Source: Raja brachyura
Taxonomy: Eukaryota
DNA length: 64,000 nucleotides
Assembly: GCA_963514005.1 (NCBI GenBank)
Contig: OY740813.1
Span: 9,734,001 to 9,798,000 of the forward strand
Direction of reading: 5' to 3'
Of the stretch, positions 25,601 through 32,600 are shown piece by piece; positions within the stretch are counted from its first letter, which is position 1, and each line of letters begins with the position of its first letter. The notes under the pieces were generated by a model, which saw nothing but the letters and a program-made list of their open reading frames with translations, made no database searches and was not told the origin of the DNA. A program made the position numbers and the translations under genes.

Positions 25601-26141
25601 ATCATGGCAACGAATGTGACACAAGATCTCATTAACAGTAACGACAGTTGATTAAGTCATTTGTTTGAGTATGTGTTCAGAGTTGAATATTAGCACCAAA
25701 TAAATCGTACAAATTCTCCTGAATTAACTGTACGTTGGCCACACTCACTCAACAGACAGTCTTGAACGTGGTTAGACACAGATCCCGTTTCCGATCACAA
25801 TCCCGCAGGCGTTTGTGTTTAAAATTTAATTCTAAATCGAACCGAACCAACGGCTACTTATTCTAGAATCAGTGTCAAAAAGACAAATATAGGTTACTGC
25901 ATGGATTATTTCAGTGACACTGTAATTAGATTTTGGTTTCCTACAGAATGTTCAAACGAAAAACTTTTGAACAACTCTGTTCCAGCTTCTCAGTCTGCCT
26001 ACATTGAAGGACTTACCGGTTGGGGCCTGTCTGTGGTGGCGGGTGTGGATGGCGATGGTGCTGTTGCCGCTGCTGATGAATGAGCTGCTGGAGCTGAAGC
26101 AGTTGCTGTTGTAAATGTTGATGCTGCTGAGGGAACATCAT
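1518..26141 (-). CDS. CIZ1: CDKN1A-interacting zinc finger protein 1 (CIZ1), 5' part. Exons (minus): 26141-26017, 16160-15982, 13533-13367, 11157-11052, 9810-9705, 6927-6854, 6049-5985, 3179-3000, 1642-1518; 3' exons lie beyond position 1
   Basis: All introns are GT-AG and phases join without stops (1127 nt). Q-rich start MMFPQQHQHLQQQLLQLQQLI; NPMLQRTLIMQQMSG; LQPFFPPGSRASILGTPPVG; NLS-like EPEVKRRKL; SLKVTIQQSSESRAIST; zinc finger FICYICNVNCYNQK/NFQKHMIGTRHHQRLLEIQQMSNACL. These match human CIZ1 motifs as recalled. Confidence 0.9.
1953..2342 (+). mobile_element. CR1-type LINE 3' fragment
   Basis: Degenerate CR1 ORF2 C-terminus (GLYSMEHRQMRGDL-like) and tail. Confidence 0.75.
3000..3179 (-). 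CDS. CIZ1: CIZ1 coding exon 8 (start of first zinc finger)
   Basis: cttgtag| MLGTMSSLKVTIQQSSESRAIST...FICYICNVNCYNQK |gtaagg. Confidence 0.9.
3573..3758. mobile_element. PIF/Harbinger-like MITE, left end clipped
   Basis: About 60-bp inverted arms TGTCCCACTTTCCCG...; right end GTGGGACAGGGCCT|TAA. Confidence 0.7.
4070..5610 (-). mobile_element. CR1-type LINE fragment with RT remnants
   Basis: FMDFIKAFDKVSHGR, SCLNNLIEVFE, YRTLVRPHFDYCVQFW; frameshifted. Confidence 0.85.
5985..6049 (-). CDS. CIZ1: CIZ1 coding exon 7
   Basis: tttacag| ETDKNEESGAGENLEHNAANTE |gtaaga; phase 1 to 0. Confidence 0.72.
6854..6927 (-). CDS. CIZ1: CIZ1 coding exon 6
   Basis: ttctgcag| SQNDDDVIEQSKSGEPTISKSTTNE G|gtgatt; phase 2 to 1. 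Confidence 0.7.
7335..7940 (-). mobile_element. Old Penelope-like element remnant
   Basis: Reverse complement resembles the GIY-YIG 3' region and terminal repeat at 21455-21840. Confidence 0.55.
9705..9810 (-). CDS. CIZ1: CIZ1 coding exon 5 (basic NLS-like motif)
   Basis: cctcag| GNKLVDTKK...DEPEVKRRKLG AG|gtactt. Confidence 0.78.
10433..10667 (-). mobile_element. HE1/V-SINE-like SINE
   Basis: tRNA-like head GGGTGGCAC..., V-domain and tail on the minus strand. Confidence 0.75.
11052..11157 (-). CDS. CIZ1: CIZ1 coding exon 4
   Basis: ttgcag| DIKRMQDMRNRFSPREPFRAKANNNKTTPGAKVTT G|gtactg; phase 0 to 1 bridges exons 3 and 5. Confidence 0.72.
11418..11717 (+). mobile_element. HE1/V-SINE-like SINE, near full length
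   Basis: GGGGTGGCACAGCAGTAGAG head, TTTCCTCCCACACTCCAAAG, GCACTGTATCTCTAAA tail. Confidence 0.8.
13367..13533 (-). CDS. CIZ1: CIZ1 coding exon 3
   Basis: tttatag| GGLPGYSMPTPGLQPFFPPGSRASILGTPPVG...RGFNK |gtaagg. Confidence 0.88.
13870..14265. mobile_element. Composite of inverted CR1 3' tails with a 21-bp tandem unit
   Basis: Minus tail 13870-14010, plus tail 14015-14100, minus fragment 14120-14265. Confidence 0.65.
14560..14994 (+). mobile_element. Young 5'-truncated CR1 LINE
   Basis: LGLYTLEFRRMKGHLI-type coding, CR1 tail, candidate TSD AATGTTG (14538-14544 and 14995-15001). Confidence 0.85.
15147..15636. mobile_element. PIF/Harbinger-type MITE, 490 bp
   Basis: Perfect 28-bp TIR AGGGGCTGTCCCACTTGGGCGACCTAAT; TAA on both flanks. 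Confidence 0.88.
15982..16160 (-). CDS. CIZ1: CIZ1 coding exon 2
   Basis: tttgtag| AMQQQAQTFHPRH...NPMLQRTLIMQQMS G|gtggga. Confidence 0.88.
18064..19703 (+). mobile_element. Head-to-tail dimer of a non-autonomous Helentron/DINE-1-like element (974-bp unit plus partial unit)
   Basis: Units start ACTAGACCAAGT at 18064 and 19038; internal GA microsatellite; unit ends CTTTTAGTATTATAA; splits a CR1 tail. Confidence 0.55.
19874..20600 (+). mobile_element. CR1 LINE 3' part with open ORF2 C-terminus
   Basis: 203-aa ORF: RDLGILVHQSLK, LYRALARPYLECCVQLWSP, FTQRVVNLWNSLP. Confidence 0.9.
20605..21120 (-). mobile_element. CR1 LINE 3' fragment
   Basis: QRRFTRMLLGL...LYSLEHRRMRADL...SRTRGHRFKVKG. Confidence 0.85.
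21125..21840 (+). mobile_element. Penelope-like retroelement remnant (GIY-YIG endonuclease end with inverted terminal repeats)
   Basis: KRRLGDHFAEHLRS then, frameshifted, VAKHFNSPSHSHTDLSVLGLLHCQSEAQRKLEEQHLIFCLRSLHPSSMNINFSNFK*; 21125-21450 is an inverted copy of the 3' end. Confidence 0.8.
22740..22990 (+). mobile_element. Degenerate RTE-type LINE fragment
   Basis: VIPDLLYARET resembles the RTE motif LLYGCETW. Confidence 0.4.
23581..23930 (-). mobile_element. Rex1/Babar-like LINE 3' end
   Basis: IISDPSHPGHKLFESLSSGRRLQTVKAATARHKNSFYPR; (ACTT)n tail. Confidence 0.8.
24832..24922 (-). mobile_element. Short 3' tail copy of the same Rex1-like LINE
   Basis: 91 bp with one mismatch to 23589-23679. 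Confidence 0.75.
24930..25008. repeat. Minisatellite, about 26 bp x 3
   Basis: (A)ACTTGCCTGGTT core occurs three times. Confidence 0.7.
26017..26141 (-). CDS. CIZ1: CIZ1 coding exon 1 (Q/H-rich)
   Basis: MMFPQQHQHLQQQLLQLQQLIHQQRQQHHRHPHPPPQTGPNR; donor CG|GTAAGT. Confidence 0.88.
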
Positions 26142-26184
26142 GCTAACCAAATCCTTTATTATTATTATTAATAATAATGATGAT

Positions 26185-26385
26185 TATAGCGCTGTTCCCG
26201 CGGAGAAAGTCGACCCTCGCCACCTCTGACCGTTCCGTTTGCGACGGGAAAGGAAAGACCTTCGCGACCAAAACTTCTGCCGCAGCGCTCCTGGCGGCCT
26301 GGAGGTTGTAACCCCGGGCTGCTTCTGCCAATAAGAAACATGGCGCTTTACACGCTGATGCTGCCAGCAATAAAAATGGCGATAT
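26185..26385 (-). promoter_or_regulatory. CpG-rich probable CIZ1 promoter / 5' UTR
   Basis: CpG-dense patch directly upstream of the ATG, CCAAT near 26328 and two YY1-like motifs (AAACATGGCG, AAAAATGGCG). Confidence 0.55.
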
Positions 26386-27039
26386 ATGAAGCAGAGTCTC
26401 GACCCGAAACGTCACCCATTCCTTCTCTCCAGAGATGAAGCCTGTCCCGCTGAGTTATGCCAGCATTTTGTTTCTGTCTGCGCTATCATTAAAGTCTGGC
26501 AGTGGCTGAGATTTCAAATGTTACTCCATTTGAACACCCCAAAATTGCTGATACAATACTTAGGTAGTCTGATTTGTAATTATTCTGACAACACAAAAAT
26601 AGATGGAGACACAAGAGATTGCCCAGATTGGAGTGTGTATAAGTATCAGGGAAATGTAGATGCTGCTTTACAAAAAATCCCCAAAGTGCTGGAATAACTC
26701 AGCGGGTCAGGTAGCATTTCTGGAGGACAGGAGATGCTACCTGACAGGAGATGCTCCTATAAGGACAGGTTAGACTTAAATTGTTTTCATTGGGGCAACC
26801 TGATAAAAGTATATACATTTAAGAGAAGCACCGATAAGGTAGATATCACAGTTTTTTTCCTGGAGTGACATTGTCACTTCGCAAGGGGGTACCTGTCTTC
26901 AAGTCCAATATGAATTTTGTGTTTCTACGTAGATCACCTCTGGTTCTACAAACTTGAGAGTGCAGCTCAAACTGGTTGATCTCTCCCCATACCACAAATC
27001 TGCCATCCCATGAGTCAAGCTGGCGAATCTTCGCTACAA

Positions 27040-27555
27040 AACACAAACTTTCTGGAAGAACTCAGAGAGACATCTGTGGAGGGAAATTGTTTGGGTCGAC
27101 ACCTTTCCTTTGGACTCAAAGAATGGAGAGTTAATAGGTAGTATAAAGAGGGTTACACAAAAAGCTGGAGAAACTCAGCGGGTGCAGCAGCATCTAAGGA
27201 GCGAAGGAGATAGGCGACGTTTCGGGTCGAGACCCTTCTTCAGATATAAGAGGTGAGGGAATAGGGTAAGAACTGGCACATGATAAATAGATTAAGGTGA
27301 AGAGAAGTGGATGTGTGGATGGAATCAGATAGTGGAGACAGGAATGGAGATAACAACATTAAGGAATAAAGAGATGGGAGGAGGTGAAGTCTGAATAGCT
27401 ATGGAAGTTGGTGGGTTTGCAGTAAATGCCCATGAATAGGTTTTCTCTTGAGATGAGAGATCAAGAACGGAGACAGAATTATCAGTAATGGTCCAAATGA
27501 ATTTGAGGGTCAATTGTAATTTTGATGAAAGGGCAGAACGTTTGCTGCATTCCAT
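27040..27555 (-). mobile_element. Penelope-like remnants (RT fragment and nested terminal repeats)
   Basis: LKFIWTITDNSVSVLDLS resembles Penelope RT LKFT...LPFLD; young repeat at 27148-27244. Confidence 0.6.
27216..27243 (-). ncRNA. Minimal type I hammerhead ribozyme core in a Penelope-type terminal repeat
   Basis: CUGAAGA-A-GGGUC(UC)GACCC-GAAAC-GUC; stem I not evident in this copy. Confidence 0.5.
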
Positions 27556-28036
27556 CTATTGCAGAAACATATTTCCTTAGCTGAGGTGTTTGTACCCGTG
27601 CACAATGTTCTTGGTGCCATCTCACATAGGTGGAGAAGGATATCTATACTCTTCTATTCAAATCCTGTTGTGGTAAGATTGCTTGCTGTAACTCTGTATA
27701 AACTTTCAGTGATGTGTTTACAATGACACCCGGGTTCCTCTGAACATTGACACTTTTCAGTTTCTCACCATTTAAATATACTTTACATTATTGTTTTTCT
27801 ATCTAAATGGACAACCACAATTTTTCCACACTATGTTCCAAATGTCACATCCTTGAGCATGTTCCTGTTCATAGTTCATGTTCCCGAAACCCATCTGCTT
27901 AAACATTAATGTGGAAAATGGTAAATACATGACACTCATGGACTCTGGCATATGAATGAGCATGTCACATTTGAAGAACAGGCTAACGGTATTAATGGGA
28001 TGATTTACCCTAGTTCGCTTTGGTGGCAGTTACGGA

Positions 28037-28312
28037 GGGGCGACACAATGGCGCAGCTGGAAGAGATGTCTCAAAGCGCCAGATGCTGACCTTGGGTGCT
28101 GTCTGTGTGGAGTTTCTCCCTGTGACCATGGGGATTTCCTCTGGGTGCTCTGGCTTCCTCCCACATGCCAAATATATGCAGGTTTGTAAGTTAATTGGCT
28201 TCTGCAACATTACCTCTGGAGTGTAAGGAGACCAGAAAGTCGGATAACATACTAGTGTGAACCAGTGATCAATGTACGGTGTGAACTAGGTGGGCTGAAC
28301 GGCCAGTTTCCA
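28037..28312 (+). mobile_element. HE1/V-SINE-like SINE
   Basis: Head, V-domain GTGTGGAGTTT...CTTCCTCCCACATGCCAAA, tail. Confidence 0.75.
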
Positions 28313-29414
28313 GGAGAAACACACAATGTGCTGGAGGAGCTTAGCGGATCAGCCGGCATCTGTTGAGGGAATGTGCAGATGACATTTCAGGTTGGGATCT
28401 CTCAGGTTTGTTTCTACGATGAATCTCTAAAATATTGCATATGATTATGAACAAACTTAAGATGGCGGTGAGCACCATTTTCAGTCACATTTGACAGCGA
28501 TTCCCTGGTTTTATTAGAGATTTAACCGTAACTAACATAGTTGTAACTATATTCCTGTGAAATATATTCCACGATCTCAACTGGTACCTGGAAGTGCCAA
28601 CCGATGTAATTTATAACTGACTGTGAGTAATGATTAGTTGTGAAAACCGATAGTCGGTCGCCCAAATTAAAACTAATTGTTCTCAATCATAAACATGGCA
28701 GCTGACGCCAAAGAAGCCGGATCGCGTAAAGAAAACGTAGTGACTGGTGAGATTGTTCGACAGTATACCAGTCATAAAGATGTCGAGTAGAAAAAGACGA
28801 GCCGCGCAGCGTTTGCCAGTAAAAGATATGGCGAAAGTAGTTCCGAGCAGTAATTGAGGCTGCTCTGCCCGCATTAAAGATGGCGGACACACGCTGTTCC
28901 AGAATATACTGGCAAACCACATGCTCCCGACTAAAGATACTGGAGGAGCTCCTCTAGTATCTTTGTTCCCGACTGTTCGATAAGTAATAATAAGGAAATG
29001 CAGATGCCGATTTATATCAAAGAAAGACACAAAATGCTGGAGTAACTCAGCGGGTCAGGCAACATCCCTGGAAAACATGCACAGGACACGTTTCGTGTTG
29101 GAATCTTTCTTAGTAACTAACTTGATTTATATTTCAAGTTTTCTTTGTTTAGATAATCTGACGATTTAAGATCTCGACCTGAAACTTCTTATATCTATGT
29201 TCACCACAGTTGCAGCCTGATCTGTTTATTTACTCCGAGACTTTGTTATTTTGTGATTTTAAACGTTAACTTTGTTTCTTTTTCCACCGATGCTACTCAG
29301 TCTGAATGTTTCCAAAACATTTATTTTTACGTCAGATTTCTATTCTCTGCCTATTCGTTTTTTGTTGTTGTTTATTTCGGATATATAAACTCGGGAATGA
29401 ATGTTAACGTATTT

Positions 29415-29500
29415 GGAAGGCGTGTGATTGGCCCACATCAAAAATGGCGGACCGCAGTTTATAGTGGCCGCCCGTAAACTGCCAGTGACAAAGATGGCGG
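29415..29500 (+). promoter_or_regulatory. EXOSC2 core promoter region
   Basis: GATTGG (reverse CCAAT) near 29426; YY1-like AAAATGGCGG 29441-29450 and AAGATGGCGG over the ATG; CpG-rich. Confidence 0.6.
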
Positions 29501-29609
29501 TGGACATTCGGTTAGCGACGGCCCGAAAGCGCGCTACTTTACCGGCCGAGGTCAACAAACATCTGGTATCACCGGGAGATACGATCACGACCGATACGGG
29601 TTTTATGAG
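29494..29609 (+). CDS. EXOSC2: EXOSC2 exon 1
   Basis: aagATGG Kozak; MAVDIRLATARKRATLPAEVNKHLVSPGDTITTDTGFM AG|gtaaaa. Confidence 0.93.
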
Positions 29610-32600
29610 GTAAAACAAATCAAATTCCAGCCTCGAAGGGACTCGCGCGATTGCAGGGCGATGCCTGTTCCAGTGCACGTGTTTACACATCATGTACGTT
29701 TCTCCACAACTTTACATGATGGGGTTTGGGCGGTTTTCATTTGGTGCTAAACTGGTCACACTGACAACTTGTGATTTTGATATCCAGGCTGGGTGTTACA
29801 ATTTAGACACAAGGAACTGGGATGCTGGTTTATAAATCGACTGACTGACACAAAATGCTGGAGTAACTCAGCGGGTCAGGCAACAGTGTTAAAGAAGGAA
29901 CTGCAGATGCTGGAGAATCGAGGGTTACACAAAAAGCTGGAGAAACTCAGCGGGTGCAGCAGCATCTAAGGAGCGAAGGAGATAGGCGACGTTTCGGGTC
30001 GAGACCCTTCTTCAGACATATCTGGAGATTATGATTGGGCGACGTTCGGATCGGGACCCACTGAGTTACTCCAACATCTTTGGATGTTACAACTCGGTTC
30101 TGTGCACTTCTCCACCTTCTCCAGTGTGGTGGAAAAGTGGACAAAATTAAACAAGGATGCCAGATCTGAGAGGTCGTACTAGGATAGCCCCATCCTTGTT
30201 CCTCGAGAAAAACGGACCGAGGAATATTCCCCAAACAGCGTCCTAATTTCAAGATTATCGATTGTTATAAAACCGTTAGTGTGCACAGTATTTCATTTGA
30301 GGCTTAAACGGAATTGTATACAGTTTATTATGCTTTCTTGTCACCTTATCTGTCTATTCTTCTGTCATCTAAGATGTCTAGATATAAAATTTATCCTGTT
30401 AATTTATGAACAACCTATCATTTATCACGTTTTCACTCAACAAATGCTTTGCATCACGTTTCCCAGGTTCAAATTTGTCATTTTTATACTCATCCAACGT
30501 CTACCTATCTTCTTTGCTAGATTTGGTGTAGCCAGTAAAGTTTTAAATTATGATCTTGACATTTAAATTGAAATTATTAACGAACCATGAAAAGGAAGGG
30601 ACCTGAGACTGAGCTAAACAATGTATTGGAGGAACTCCATTGGTCAGGCAGCATCTGGGGGGAAATGGGACATACAACGGTTTGGGTTGGGATCCTGCTT
30701 CAACCCCTTACAAAATCAAAAGATTCTTTCAATTGCCGATGTTTTTGTAACTAGTAAAATTGTCCGAAGAGATAAGCACAATTTCCATTTCCAGAGCTTC
30801 TCTTGATTTTTACTTTTGAGTTTTTAAATCAGTTTCTTGCGCCTTCATCTTTGATTCTTCGAGAACATAGGAACAAGAGACTACATTGATGCTGAAACAA
30901 CTCTTTCCATGTTATGATCCTGTGCAAATGTTCGTCCATTTTTTTCCAGAGGCCATGGTACCTACATGGAAGATGAAAAGCTCATTGCATCAGTTGCTGG
31001 GGCTGTGGAAAGGGTGAACAAGCTGATATGTGTCAAGCCACTTCACACAAGGTAAGAACTTAACTTATACATTTCTATGTATTGAATTGAAAGATACAGC
31101 ATGGAACCAGGCCCTTGGGCTCGCCGAGTCTGTTATTGTGCTTTCTCTGAGAAAGTTTCTCATCCACTCCATACGTACTATGGGCAATTTACAAAGGCCA
31201 ATTAACCTACAAACCAGCATGTCTTTGGGATGTGGGATGTGCATCCGGAGGAAACCCATGTGGTCACAGGGAGACCATGCAAACGCCACAGAGCCAGCAC
31301 CCGAGATCACAATAGAGCCCGAGTCTCTGGCACTGTAAGCTAGCAACTCTACCAGATGTGTCACCGTGTGTGTGTACTATTGAGGAAAGATTTAAGCAAA
31401 CCATACACACAAAAAGAAAGAACCACTCTTGATTCCCAAATATTGTATGTCGGGTTAGGTGAAGTGACATTTCAAAGTTTTCCTCTTGGTAGTCTTTAAG
31501 GACCAAGAATCATTTGCCTCCACTGTAGTTCTGGGGCAACTAATGAAACTTGCAGGTCCTTCACAGATGGCTGGTTAACAGGTTGTTTGGCATTTTATGC
31601 ACTGCTTCAGATGTTTGTTCCTGAGCTCTGTGTGCTCCCATTGGAGAGACATTGATGCCTTCCCTTGTGATTATCTGCCAGGTTAAGCAATCTTGGGCCA
31701 AGGATTCCCGCATGTAATTGAGGATGTTATATTTCCCCTGAGGCTTTGACAGCATCCTTGAAGCACCTTTCCAGGGTTCTGGGATTTTCTTGATGGGAAT
31801 GGTGCTTGTTTTAGAGGAAAACGTTTGGTGTACGGATAATGTGGCCCTCTTTACAAAGCTAGTTGAGAATGATCAAATCCTCAATGCTTGTGTTGCTGGA
31901 GAGGATATGGATATTGGTACGTGTATCGTTCTATGGCTTTGGACGCTTTTTGTCGGGCTACATTGGTGGTATTTCTCCAGTGCTTTGAAGTGACTTGTTT
32001 ATTGTTCATACTCGGTTTTACTCTTCGATCCTGCGTGGCTCCTGGTTTCACCTGGGTATTGGTGGATTTTGTTACAGATTATCCTTGAAAATTGACCTGA
32101 TCTCTTTAGATTTTAGAGATACAGTGCGGGAATAGGCCCTTCAGCCCATCAAGTCCATGCCGACCGGCGATCACCCCTTACACTAACACTGTCCTCCACA
32201 TTAGGGAGAATTTTACTACTTACCAAAGCCAATTGACCTACAAACCTGCATGTCTTCGGAATGTGGGAAGAAACCAGAGCACCCGGAGAAAACCCACATG
32301 ATCATAGCAGAACTTACAAACTCCATACAAGCAGCAACTGTAGTCAGGATCAAACCCGTATCTACCGCTGTGCCACCTCTTGCAAAGCAGTGGCTCCCAA
32401 TATATGGTAAGTAATGCAAGGTGGCCAAGATGCCATTCTGGACCTTGGTTGTCATGGAGTAGTGCTGCGTGGCAGGGGGGGGGGGATGTTGGTGCCTTTG
32501 TCTTTAAAATACTTACTTTTCTGATCTTCTCATATATTGAAGGACTTTCTGATGGTTTACAGCGCGGTTTCTGAGTGTACATTAATGCAAGCATTGTTTG

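Noticed and set aside
21233-26415. Further hammerhead-like cores near 21235, 24050 and 26390 (also 39026, 50500, 51085, 59790)
   Set aside because: Each has a mutation in CUGA, GAAA, stem III or the cleavage triplet, so they are not called as ribozymes
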